From Elusimicrobiota bacterium (GTDB taxonomy: Bacteria; Elusimicrobiota; Elusimicrobia; F11): a DNA stretch of 64,000 nucleotides. The number at the start of each line of letters is the position of its first letter. The first letter of the stretch is position 1. Made by a program: the position numbers and the translations under genes. The DNA lies in contig JBGAON010000004.1 in the NCBI GenBank assembly GCA_044221725.1, positions 128,001 through 192,000 of the forward strand. Direction: 5' to 3'. Positions 10,119 to 19,372 of this stretch are shown here, piece after piece. The notes beneath the pieces are model-generated. The model was not told where the DNA came from. It did not search any database and was given only the letters and a program-made list of their open reading frames with translations.

Positions 10119-10325
10119 TTATTTCGGTTGTTGAGCCGTATTGTTCTCCGCTGATTTGGACTTTTTGTGCTTGTGATGACCTTTGTGCTTTTTTTCGGGT
10201 TTTGAGTCGGACGAGTTCGTTACGGTGCTCCCGGTGCCGGCGCCCGAACTGTTCATGTCATCGGCGCGAACGATATTCGGCAAAACGAAGAGTGCCGTGA
10301 GCAAGAACCATGTTGCTTTGCGCAT
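10119..10325 (-). CDS. Small secreted low-complexity protein (Ser-rich, Lys/His-rich)
   Basis: AGGAG RBS, signal peptide ending VRA, downstream terminator. Confidence 0.7.
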   Translation of the reverse strand: MRKATWFLLTALFVLPNIVRADDMNSSGAGTGSTVTNSSDSKPEKKHKGHHKHKKSKSAENNTAQQPK

Positions 10326-10397
10326 AAGATTTCTCCTGGATGAGACGTTTGTACCTTCTGTTCTCTTATACGCGCTGGCGTCTTATCTCTTCGCGCG

Positions 10398-11372
10398 TTA
10401 TTTCATTGGTTGGAAAATCTCTTCCATAAGTTCGCGCGAGACGTCTCCCATCACCGTGTAGTTGCGATTGCGCAATTTTGTTTTCCACACCGAGCCGTTT
10501 TCGCACATCTCATGCGTCTTGTGACGCTCGAACCGCACGGGGGAAGCGGTTTCGAACACCGATAAAACGCTGAGCCCGTCGGTGTAACGGAAATGATCGA
10601 CGGCTTTTCCGTCAACGGTGAAGTAGTCGGCACTCTCGAATTCAAAGCCGTAAGGAAGTATCGACGGCAGCGTGGTTTCTCGCCCGGTGTTCTTGTGCAA
10701 GTCGTCCCGTGACAAAAAGTCGGGCGAGAACTCGTGATCTTCCGCCGCGGGCGCGTTAATCACGAACAAAGCAACATCAAACGATGGGCTCGTGGTGAAT
10801 TTGTTGTATCGTGACAGCACGACGAAATTCCCGTTCGAGCGAAACCGTTTGCTTTCGAGGATCACGCCGGAATCTTTATCAATCCACAATTTCTGAGTTA
10901 ATTTTCCCGAAGAGAGCGGCGTCATTGTGATAACGAACACCGGGCGTCCGGCGATGCGGTCGGTGCCCAAATAGTCCAAACGGTAATTTTTTTGAAGCAG
11001 CGCCCATTCCTTCTGTGGATCCATTTGTTTCGGCAGTTTTTTTGCGGCTTGTCCGATCAATGTTTTCTTTTGCTTCACGAGTTCCACTTGCTCTTTTTCA
11101 CCATCGCTGATCACGACGCGCGCGATGCTGCCATCGGGCTTGAGAAATTCCCGGCGGTATTTGTTCGGAGGAGAGAAACGAACATGCACTTCTTCGGATT
11201 TTGTTCCCGTTCCGTACCAATGCGTGACGGTCATGAATCCCTCGTACGTAACGGTCGGCGTCGCAAGGCCGCGTTGCAGAATGCGTTGCGCGTCTTCGGA
11301 CTCCTGAGCCGCGACGACACCGAATGTTCCGACAACAAATATAAAAGTGGCTAACTTAATCTTCATCTCCAT
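10398..11372 (-). CDS. RseB/MucB-family periplasmic sigma-E regulator (LolA-like fold)
   Basis: Signal peptide; DRIAGR, LWIDKDSGVIL, YTDGLSVLSVFE; operon context. Confidence 0.8.
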   Translation of the reverse strand: MEMKIKLATFIFVVGTFGVVAAQESEDAQRILQRGLATPTVTYEGFMTVTHWYGTGTKSEEVHVRFSPPNKYRREFLKPDGSIARVVISDGEKEQVELVKQKKTLIGQAAKKLPKQMDPQKEWALLQKNYRLDYLGTDRIAGRPVFVITMTPLSSGKLTQKLWIDKDSGVILESKRFRSNGNFVVLSRYNKFTTSPSFDVALFVINAPAAEDHEFSPDFLSRDDLHKNTGRETTLPSILPYGFEFESADYFTVDGKAVDHFRYTDGLSVLSVFETASPVRFERHKTHEMCENGSVWKTKLRNRNYTVMGDVSRELMEEIFQPMK

Positions 11373-11751
11373 AATAAACCGCCAACTGTCCGCCGAAATT
11401 GGAACCGGCCATATCCGCTGCGGGCACGAGCGTTTCCGCTTGATAACGCGAGTGAGCGGCCGCCAGCGGTTCCATATCAATGAGTTCCGCTTCAGAAACT
11501 TTCCATCTGGCAATCCACGCGCCAGCGAGCAGGGCTCCGAGCGCGAGCGCTCCCACCGGTTTCCAAAGCACCGGCCAAGCAAACCATCTCTGCCAATGTG
11601 AGTCGGTTGGCGTTGGCGCGAATTTTTCGCGCAGAGCGTGCAGGAGCGCCGGCGGGGCCGAGCGGTACGGCACGCGGCTCAACCGGAGCCGCAAATCCTG
11701 ATGTTCTTCATTTAAGTGACGGAATATATTTTCGTCGATATTTTCATTCAT
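11356..11751 (-). CDS. Putative anti-sigma factor (single TM)
   Basis: Overlaps ECF sigma stop; one TM helix. Confidence 0.65.
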   Translation of the reverse strand: MNENIDENIFRHLNEEHQDLRLRLSRVPYRSAPPALLHALREKFAPTPTDSHWQRWFAWPVLWKPVGALALGALLAGAWIARWKVSEAELIDMEPLAAAHSRYQAETLVPAADMAGSNFGGQLAVYYGDED

Positions 11752-12316
11752 TTGCGCTCACCAGTTTTTCTCCCTTATCACCGGTCAGCTTTAAGAGAGC
11801 CTTTTTTAAAAGAGTTCGGCCTTGATGGATCCTTGAGCAGACCGTGCCAATCGGACACTCGAGAATTTTTGCAATATCAATGTAGGACAGGCCTTCGATG
11901 TCGAAAAGTGTCACAGCGGTTCGGTAGTGGAGTGGCAACATGTTTAGTCCCTTCTGCAGCCATCTTTCTTCTTCTGACTTCATCAAGTGATCCAATGGCT
12001 CATGATCACTGCCCGGCAAAATCTCGGCCCACGTTGTTTCGCTGTCGTTCGGCGGTGTCGCGTCCAACGAAAGCTTGTGCTTGTGTTCGTAGCGCCGGAC
12101 CGAGTCGAGAAACACGTTGTGCAAGATGCGGTTTAGCCACGCCTCGAACGGTCGATTCGGATCGTACCGGTCACGATGCTCAAACGCGCGCCGAAACGCT
12201 TCTTGCACCAAATCTTGGGCGTCTTGGTCGTTGCCCGTCAGGCGAAAAGCAAAGTTGTAAGCCTTATCGGCGCAACGTTGCAGCAACGTCTCGTAATCAA
12301 CCTGGCGGTCGTCCAT
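11744..12316 (-). CDS. ECF sigma-70 factor (RpoE/SigW-like)
   Basis: DAQDLVQEAF region 2; GLSY..IA.IL..PIGTV.SRI.. region 4. Confidence 0.95.
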   Translation of the reverse strand: MDDRQVDYETLLQRCADKAYNFAFRLTGNDQDAQDLVQEAFRRAFEHRDRYDPNRPFEAWLNRILHNVFLDSVRRYEHKHKLSLDATPPNDSETTWAEILPGSDHEPLDHLMKSEEERWLQKGLNMLPLHYRTAVTLFDIEGLSYIDIAKILECPIGTVCSRIHQGRTLLKKALLKLTGDKGEKLVSANE

Positions 12317-12347
12317 GGTTCACCAAGAATGGATACGGAGGAGGAGA

Positions 12348-13313
12348 TTAATTCTTCGAACGCAAAGACTCACTGGGAATGATTGAGAATTCGCGCAGTT
12401 CTGCGCTGCGAAGCACACGCACCGTGGCCCCGGTGCCCAGAGCATGGGCGGTGAGCGCTCGGTGGAGAGCATCAACGCTATCGATCGGTTTTGCATTGAA
12501 TTCGACGATCACATCTCCCTGGCGCAAGCCAATCCCAGCGGCGGGGCTGCCCGGTTCAATGTGGATCACAAGAATACCCGATTCGGCAACGAGCGAATGG
12601 TGGCGAACGAGATTCCGTGGCAACGGAACGTTTTGGCCGCCGACGCCCAAATAGCCGCGTCGGATGCGTCCCTCGCGCATCAGCACGCTGGCGATGAACG
12701 CCGCCGTGTGGATGGGAATTGCAAAGCACAATCCCTGGGCTGGCAATATCACGGCGGTGTTCACCCCGATGACTTCGCCGTGCGAATTTACGAGCGGTCC
12801 TCCGGAATTTCCGGGGTTCAGCGCCGCGTCGGTTTGAATAATGTCGTCAATGAGGCGCCCCGAACGTGATCGCATCGACCGGCCGAGCGCGCTCACGACA
12901 CCGGTCGTCACCGTCGTCTGAAAACCGAACGGGTTTCCAATGGCAATCGTTAGCTGACCGGGCCGTAATGTCTTTGAGTTGCCGAACGTCGTTGCTCGAA
13001 ACGCGGGTCCGTGCGCGCGAATGACAGCGGTGTCGGTATCGGGATCGTCACCGACGAGGTCGGCAGAAAATTGGCGGCCATCGGAAAGGCGTATCTCGAT
13101 TTGCTTGGCGCCGTGCACCACGTGACTGTTCGTGATCGCAAATCCATCCGGCGTGAAAAAGAAGCCCGAGCCACTTCCTTTGCCGGGCACCTCGATGTTG
13201 ATGACGGCCGGACTCGTGTTCGCGACCGCTTTGGTGACGGCCTCGGAATACGCGTCCAAGATTGTTTGTTCATGAGAATTGTTGTTCAAATCAAACGCGG
13301 GAATCATCCGCAC
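12348..13313 (-). CDS. Trypsin-like serine protease with PDZ (HtrA/DegP family)
   Basis: ITNSHVV, DTDTAV, QTDAALNPGNSGGPL, PDZ. Confidence 0.95.
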   Translation of the reverse strand: MRMIPAFDLNNNSHEQTILDAYSEAVTKAVANTSPAVINIEVPGKGSGSGFFFTPDGFAITNSHVVHGAKQIEIRLSDGRQFSADLVGDDPDTDTAVIRAHGPAFRATTFGNSKTLRPGQLTIAIGNPFGFQTTVTTGVVSALGRSMRSRSGRLIDDIIQTDAALNPGNSGGPLVNSHGEVIGVNTAVILPAQGLCFAIPIHTAAFIASVLMREGRIRRGYLGVGGQNVPLPRNLVRHHSLVAESGILVIHIEPGSPAAGIGLRQGDVIVEFNAKPIDSVDALHRALTAHALGTGATVRVLRSAELREFSIIPSESLRSKN

Positions 13314-13347
13314 GCTCCTTTGTTGTTATGATCCGTTCGTACCCTAA

Positions 13348-13372
13348 AACCCTATCCTCTGCGAGGAGTTCC
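13348..13372 (-). promoter_or_regulatory. ECF-type promoter for protease/sigma operon
   Basis: Minus strand GGAAC-N16-GGTT upstream of the RBS. Confidence 0.55.
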
Positions 13373-13373
13373 T

Positions 13374-14756
13374 TTGACGTTTCGTCGAACATTCATAACG
13401 AACGGTGCCTGCGCCGTTTTCTTTGTTGGCACCGCTTTGGCGGCGCCGTCCAGCCCCGCTGCCATGCCGGTTTACCGTGAAAGTTTGAAGCAAGCCGAAG
13501 ATGCGGCGCTCGCGCATTCGCCGCGCGTGCAGGCGGCGCGCGCCGAAGCCGAAGCCGCTCACGCGGGCGCAAAAAGCCAATTCGCGACGCTGTGGCCGCG
13601 CCTGAGCTTTGATGCGTCGTACCGACGTGTGAGCGAGGTGCCGAATTTCGCTCCGGTTCCGAACGGACCCGCCATTCGTTTCGGAGACAACAAAAATTAT
13701 TCGTACGGTCCAGCGGTCAACTGGATGATTGAGTCGGGCGGCACTTATTACCGCTGGCAGAGCGCGTTGGCCTTCTGGCGCGCCAAAGAAAGCGAACTGG
13801 ATTTCGCCGAGCGGCAGCTGACGTTGGAGGTGCGGCTCAACTATTTCCAAGTTCAGCTCGGTATTGAACAAATTCGCAATCTCGTCGAGTCGCTGAAACT
13901 TTCCCAAGCGCAGTACCGGGACATTGCCTTGCGTTACCGTGCCGGCGCGTCGAGCCGCTTGGATTCGCTGTCGGCCCATCAGGAAGTGCTGAACCGTCGA
14001 CGACTGTTGCGGCAAGCGCAGGCTGATCTCGCGAACGCGCTTCAAACTTTGTTCACGGTGACCGGTTCGACGCCGCCCGCCGAATTATCGGTGCCGATCG
14101 AAATGGGCCTTGTGAATTCGGTGCCGCCGGAAACAGACGCGCCCACGCTGGCCGTCGCATTGGATCCGCTTGCCACGAGCGAACAAGCGCTTGGCAGAGC
14201 GGCCAAGCAGAGCTTTGATGAGCATCATCCGCAGCTCGTTGCGTTGTCCGAGCAAATCCTCGCGAGTCAAGCGAGCGTGAGCAGTCTCAAGTCGGGGCAT
14301 TATCCGTTTGTGCAATTGAACGCAAAGATTTCGCGGGATTATCCGAACGGACCCGTGCTCGAATCAATTAATCAGAAAACGGTGGGCGTGTTCGCAAGTC
14401 TGCCGATTTTCGAATTCGGACGCGTGTCACAGAATGTCGCCGAACAAAAAAGCTTGACGCTGGCGACCGAACAACGCCGGGCGCAGACGGTTCAAGATTT
14501 GTGGCGCGATTGGCAGCGGGCGCGCGATCAGTGGCTCGGGCTCAATGCTCAGAAGCCGATTTTTGAGGAATCCCTGGTGGAAACGAAAAAAATTCAGTCG
14601 CTTACCTACGAGTCCTACAAAGCAGGCCAAGTTTCGTTTCTCGAGGTGCAAAACACGAATTTGCGTGTGCTGGAGAGCGAAGTGGCTTCGGCGCGGAACG
14701 ATGTGGAATTGTTAATTCAGCTGGCGATCCTCGACAGCCTGTCGGTGAAGGAGTGA
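13374..14756 (+). CDS. TolC family outer-membrane efflux protein
   Basis: Signal peptide; two OEP repeats (RYRAGASSRLD, SYKAGQVSFLE). Confidence 0.9.
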   Translation: MTFRRTFITNGACAVFFVGTALAAPSSPAAMPVYRESLKQAEDAALAHSPRVQAARAEAEAAHAGAKSQFATLWPRLSFDASYRRVSEVPNFAPVPNGPAIRFGDNKNYSYGPAVNWMIESGGTYYRWQSALAFWRAKESELDFAERQLTLEVRLNYFQVQLGIEQIRNLVESLKLSQAQYRDIALRYRAGASSRLDSLSAHQEVLNRRRLLRQAQADLANALQTLFTVTGSTPPAELSVPIEMGLVNSVPPETDAPTLAVALDPLATSEQALGRAAKQSFDEHHPQLVALSEQILASQASVSSLKSGHYPFVQLNAKISRDYPNGPVLESINQKTVGVFASLPIFEFGRVSQNVAEQKSLTLATEQRRAQTVQDLWRDWQRARDQWLGLNAQKPIFEESLVETKKIQSLTYESYKAGQVSFLEVQNTNLRVLESEVASARNDVELLIQLAILDSLSVKE

Positions 14757-15484
14757 ATTCGATGAAAAAGAAGTTGCCCGTCCTTATTATTGTGATCGCG
14801 GCGGTGGCCGTTGGTTGGAAGCTTACGCATCGGTCTGATTTCTCGTACGCCGGAACGATTGAAGCCACCTATGTCGACATATCGCCGCAGTTAACAACAA
14901 CGATTCGCACCGTCGAAGCAAAAGAAGGCGAGATTGTGAAAAGCGGACAGGTGCTGGTTCGATTGACCGGCGACGACATTAAGCTCGCGGCCGACATTGC
15001 GGAAAAAGATTTCCAGCGGGCGGCCAAGCTACACCGGTCCGGGTCCATGCCGCAAGAACAGTTTGATCGATTGCGATTTAAGCGCGATGACGCCGCGCTG
15101 CGCGCCTCGTGGTGCACGATCGCATCGCCGCTCGATGGCACCGTGATTGACCGGTACCATGAGCCGGGCGAACTGGTGAACCCCACGATGAAGCTGTTAA
15201 CGCTCGCCGATCTCACGAACGTTTACGCGTATGTGTATGTGCCGCAGCCGACACTCTCGAAAGTGAAACTCAACATGAACGTCGATGCGGTGATTCCGGA
15301 GTTATCGAACAAAACACTGAAGGGACAAATTGTGCACATCCGTGACGAAGCGGAGTTCACGCCAAAGAATGTGCAGACGCGAGAAGAACGCACGCGGCTC
15401 GTTTACGGAATCAAAGTGGCGTTTGTTAATTCGGATGGAACGCTTAAGCCCGGCATGACCGTTGAGGTCAAATTACCGGAGTAA
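14753..15484 (+). CDS. HlyD family efflux adaptor (YbhG-like)
   Basis: GTIEA, ASPLDG, AEFTPKNVQTREER, LKPGM. Confidence 0.9.
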   Translation: MNSMKKKLPVLIIVIAAVAVGWKLTHRSDFSYAGTIEATYVDISPQLTTTIRTVEAKEGEIVKSGQVLVRLTGDDIKLAADIAEKDFQRAAKLHRSGSMPQEQFDRLRFKRDDAALRASWCTIASPLDGTVIDRYHEPGELVNPTMKLLTLADLTNVYAYVYVPQPTLSKVKLNMNVDAVIPELSNKTLKGQIVHIRDEAEFTPKNVQTREERTRLVYGIKVAFVNSDGTLKPGMTVEVKLPE

Positions 15485-15486
15485 TT

Positions 15487-16209
15487 GTGGAAATCCGGGC
15501 TTCAAATCTCCGCAAACGGTTGGGGCGCACGCAAGCGTTGGACGGTATCACAACGGTGTTCCAACGCGGTCGTTTGCACGGTTTGATCGGTCCCGACGGC
15601 GCGGGCAAAACGACACTCTTGCGCATGCTGATGGGACTTTTAAGGCCCGACGAAGGTCGCATCGATTTCGCTGATAACGACACGCCGGTCCCGTTCGCGC
15701 AGGTTCGGCCGCGCATGGCTTACATGCCGCAGCAACAGAGTTTGTACGCCGACCTTTCCATTTCCGAGCATCTCGATTTTTTCCGCGACTTGTATCAGCT
15801 TCGGGCGAATGTTTATCGAGAAAAGCGTGAGGAATTGCTGCGCATCACTCGGCTCGATAAGTTTGCCGATCGCGCGGCCGGAAAATTGTCGGGTGGCATG
15901 TACAAGAAGCTCGGACTTATGTGCGCCCTGTTGGCCGATCCGTCCATCTTGTTGTTGGATGAACCGACCAACGGCGTCGATCCCATTAGCCGACGCGAAT
16001 TTTGGGAATTGCTGTACCGGTTAAAAGGGCAAAAGATTCTTATTGTGATTGCAACGGCTTACATGGATGAAGCGGAGCGGTGCGACCGTGTCCATTTGTT
16101 GGATAGTGGCCATGTGCTGGCGGCGGGGGAACCGCGGGCTGTTCTCGAAGAACAAGGTGTCCCGAATTTCGAGCAATTGTTTTTGAAACGCGCGGGAGTC
16201 TCCGCATGA
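15487..16209 (+). CDS. ABC transporter ATP-binding protein
   Basis: GPDGAGKTT, LSGGM, LLLDEPT. Confidence 0.95.
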   Translation: MEIRASNLRKRLGRTQALDGITTVFQRGRLHGLIGPDGAGKTTLLRMLMGLLRPDEGRIDFADNDTPVPFAQVRPRMAYMPQQQSLYADLSISEHLDFFRDLYQLRANVYREKREELLRITRLDKFADRAAGKLSGGMYKKLGLMCALLADPSILLLDEPTNGVDPISRREFWELLYRLKGQKILIVIATAYMDEAERCDRVHLLDSGHVLAAGEPRAVLEEQGVPNFEQLFLKRAGVSA

Positions 16210-17129
16210 AGCCGGTTGTTGACGTTTCGAATCTCGTTGTGAAGTTTGGCGATTTTACGGCCGTGAACAAGGTGACGTTTTCCGTTGCGCGCGGTGAAAT
16301 TTTTGGATTTCTGGGCGCGAACGGTGCTGGTAAAACCACGACGATCCGCGTGCTGTGCGGACTGTTAATCCCCACGTCGGGAAATGTGCACATCGCCGGA
16401 TTGGAATTCACTGACGATGAAACGGCGGCCACAATTAAGAGCCGCGTCGGTTACATGTCGCAAAAATTTACCTTGTACAGCGATCTCACGGTCACGGAAA
16501 ACTTGGAGTTCGCTGCCGCGCTCCGAAAAATGCCGAAACAGCGATTCGAAGCACGACGTGCCGAACTTTTCAAGTTCATCGGCTTTGATCAACCGCCGCA
16601 GACATTGGTGCGCGATCTGCCCGGCGGAATCAAACAGGAATTGTCGCTTGTCACGGCCATGCTGCACGACCCCGACATCATTTTTCTCGACGAACCGACC
16701 GCGGGCGTGTCACCGGTGTCGCGCGCACGTTTTTGGTCGCTCATTAAACGCCTGTCAGGGGAAGGGAAAACGATCTTCGTGACCACGCATTACATGGACG
16801 AAGCCGAACAATGCCACCGCATTGCGCTCATGCGCGCGGGCCAATTGATCGCGCTCGATTCGCCGGAAAATTTGAAAACACAAGCGTACCCGGAACCGTT
16901 GCTCGAGTTATCCCCAGGGCCGCACGTGGATTCTAGGTGGATGAACGACATTGAAACACAAAAGATTGGCGAATTGCAGCCGTACGGTTTGCGTTACCAT
17001 TTGGCGGTCAGCAATGCGCCCGCGTGGGAAAAATTTAAGACGCGCTGGGACCGAGAGTTATCGTCGCGCGCAATCCGGCCGTCGTTGGAAGACGTGTTCA
17101 TTCGGCTCGTGGAAGGAAAAGATCGGTGA
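16206..17129 (+). CDS. ABC transporter ATP-binding protein
   Basis: GANGAGKTT, FLDEPT, TTHYMDEAE. Confidence 0.95.
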   Translation: MKPVVDVSNLVVKFGDFTAVNKVTFSVARGEIFGFLGANGAGKTTTIRVLCGLLIPTSGNVHIAGLEFTDDETAATIKSRVGYMSQKFTLYSDLTVTENLEFAAALRKMPKQRFEARRAELFKFIGFDQPPQTLVRDLPGGIKQELSLVTAMLHDPDIIFLDEPTAGVSPVSRARFWSLIKRLSGEGKTIFVTTHYMDEAEQCHRIALMRAGQLIALDSPENLKTQAYPEPLLELSPGPHVDSRWMNDIETQKIGELQPYGLRYHLAVSNAPAWEKFKTRWDRELSSRAIRPSLEDVFIRLVEGKDR

Positions 17130-18241
17130 TGGATTTCAAATTCGGCCGCGCTCTTTCTATCGCAAAGAAAGAAGTGCGCCACATTTTGCGCGACCCGTTC
17201 ACACTAACAATGGCGCTCAGCATGCCGGTGTTGCTCGTCACATTTTTCGGCTTTATCATCGATTTCGATGTGCGTGACATCCGAATGCTTATGGTGGACC
17301 GTGACCAAACAAAATCATCGCGCGCGCTTCGAGACATTTTTACAAGCTCCCAATTTTTTGATGTGCGTCCCACGCGCGAGAACGTGCGGCCGTTGCGTGT
17401 TCTGGACGAAGAGAAAGCCAAAGCCGTAATGGTGATCGAACCCGAATTCGAGAAACAATTAAAGCGCCATCAGCCGGCGTCCGTGCAAATTGCGCTCGAT
17501 GGTGCCGACAACCAAACGGCCGGCATTATTGGAGGATATTTGGCCTCGATCGAGCGCGCCGCATCCAAGTTGGTTGACCGGCAAATCCCTCCGTCCGTGA
17601 ACATCAAGACACGATTTGTGTTCAACGCCGAGCTCAACAGCCGGTGGTTTATTATTCCGGGCCTGGCTGTTGTGATTGTCGGAATTTTGTCGATTCTGCT
17701 GACGGCGCTCACGGTAGCGCGTGAATGGGAGAACGGCTCCATGGAACTGTTGCTGGCCACGCCGGTGCGTCCGTTTGAAATTATTGTTGGAAAGCTCGCG
17801 CCGTACACGGTGCTCGGACTCGCCGCCATTTTGTTCGTGTACGTGGCCGCTCGCATTGGGTTTGGTGTTCCGTTTCGCGGCAGCCACTGGCTCTTTTTGT
17901 TCGGATGCGTCATTTTTCTCGGAACGGCGCTCGCGCAAGGGCTCGTTATTTCGGTTGTGACGCGTCAACAACAATTGGCGATGCAAATGGCCAACATGAC
18001 GGGGATGCTGCCGTCTTTGATGCTGTCGGGTTTTATTTTTCCCATAGAAAGCATGCCCGTATTTTTTCAACGCTTGACGGCGGCTCTGGCTCCTCGTTGG
18101 TTTATGGAAATCAGTCGCGGGATTTTTTTGAAGGGGGCGGACGCCATTGATCTCATCGTGCCGATTGGAGCGTTGCTGCTGATAAACATGGTGCTGTTAA
18201 CGCTGGCCGCACGGAAATTCAAAACGGATTTGGAACCATGA
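17126..18241 (+). CDS. ABC-2 permease (YbhS-like)
   Basis: KE...ILRD, VAREWENGSMELLL, LSGFIFPIESMP. Confidence 0.9.
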   Translation: MMDFKFGRALSIAKKEVRHILRDPFTLTMALSMPVLLVTFFGFIIDFDVRDIRMLMVDRDQTKSSRALRDIFTSSQFFDVRPTRENVRPLRVLDEEKAKAVMVIEPEFEKQLKRHQPASVQIALDGADNQTAGIIGGYLASIERAASKLVDRQIPPSVNIKTRFVFNAELNSRWFIIPGLAVVIVGILSILLTALTVAREWENGSMELLLATPVRPFEIIVGKLAPYTVLGLAAILFVYVAARIGFGVPFRGSHWLFLFGCVIFLGTALAQGLVISVVTRQQQLAMQMANMTGMLPSLMLSGFIFPIESMPVFFQRLTAALAPRWFMEISRGIFLKGADAIDLIVPIGALLLINMVLLTLAARKFKTDLEP

Positions 18242-19356
18242 GAAATGCCACGCTCAGGGGCTTCTTAAAAAAAGAAATGGCTCAGGCCATTCGCGATCCC
18301 CGCATGCGAATTGTTCTTTTCGCTGTCCCGGTGATCCAGATGACACTTTTTGGCCTCGCTCTGTCCAATGAGGTGCGCAACATCAAATTAAAATTTGTGC
18401 GCCAACCGGCTGATTCGATTGCCGAAAAGTTGGAACAACGCTGTCTTGCTTCGGGTTGGTTTGTGCCGGCGCAGGATAAGACAGTCGGAAGTCTCAACGA
18501 CGATCAGGCTCTTCGACTATTGCGCTCCGGTCGTGCGCACGCAATTCTCATTGCTCCGCCCGAAGGGTTTACGCGATCGATCGAAGATGGTCGCGGTGAG
18601 ATTCAATTGCTTGTGGACGCATCCAACGCGGTGCGCGGCCGGTCGATCGAATTCTATGTGCAAGCCGTCATGGCCCAGGTGCTCAAAGAAGAAGGCCGTT
18701 TTAACGCCGTGCCCCCCGTCGAATTTAAAGTGCGCATGCTTTACAACCCGTCGATGCGCACGGCCATCTTTCTTGTGCCGGGCGTTATGTGCATGATGAT
18801 TTGTTTGATTACGATCGTGCTCACAAGCATGTCGATTGCGCGCGAAAAAGAAATGGGAACGCTCGAGACGCTGATTTCGTCGCCCGCAAAAATCTGGGAA
18901 ATAATTCTCGGGAAAACCTTGCCATACGTCATTATTGGCATGATCGACGTGCCGCTGGTTCTTGGCGTAGCGATGCTGGGGTTCGGAGTCCCCATGCGGG
19001 GGAATTATTTCGAACTTGCGCTTTCGGCGTTCGTGTTTGTGTGCGCTTCCGTCAGTTTGGGCACGCTGATTTCAACGTTCGCGAAGAATCAGCAGCAAGC
19101 GATGATGGGCGGTTTCTTGATTTTGTTTCCAGCCATTCAACTGTCCGGCATTATGTATCCGCTCGACAACATTCCGCCGTTGATCAAATGGGTTCCGTAT
19201 CTGAACCCGCTAAAATATTTCGCCATTTTGATTCGCAACATCATGCTGAAAGGCGGTGACCCAGCGGTCGTCTGGCCGAACATGCTAGCAATGGTGTTGC
19301 TCGCTGTTGTGACCATTACGATAAGCTTTAAACGCTTTCGTCACACGCTCAATTAA
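18238..19356 (+). CDS. ABC-2 permease (YbhR-like)
   Basis: IAREKEMGTLETL, LSGIMYPLDNIP, NPLKYF. Confidence 0.9.
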   Translation: MRNATLRGFLKKEMAQAIRDPRMRIVLFAVPVIQMTLFGLALSNEVRNIKLKFVRQPADSIAEKLEQRCLASGWFVPAQDKTVGSLNDDQALRLLRSGRAHAILIAPPEGFTRSIEDGRGEIQLLVDASNAVRGRSIEFYVQAVMAQVLKEEGRFNAVPPVEFKVRMLYNPSMRTAIFLVPGVMCMMICLITIVLTSMSIAREKEMGTLETLISSPAKIWEIILGKTLPYVIIGMIDVPLVLGVAMLGFGVPMRGNYFELALSAFVFVCASVSLGTLISTFAKNQQQAMMGGFLILFPAIQLSGIMYPLDNIPPLIKWVPYLNPLKYFAILIRNIMLKGGDPAVVWPNMLAMVLLAVVTITISFKRFRHTLN

Positions 19357-19372
19357 TGCGAGAGTCCACTCG

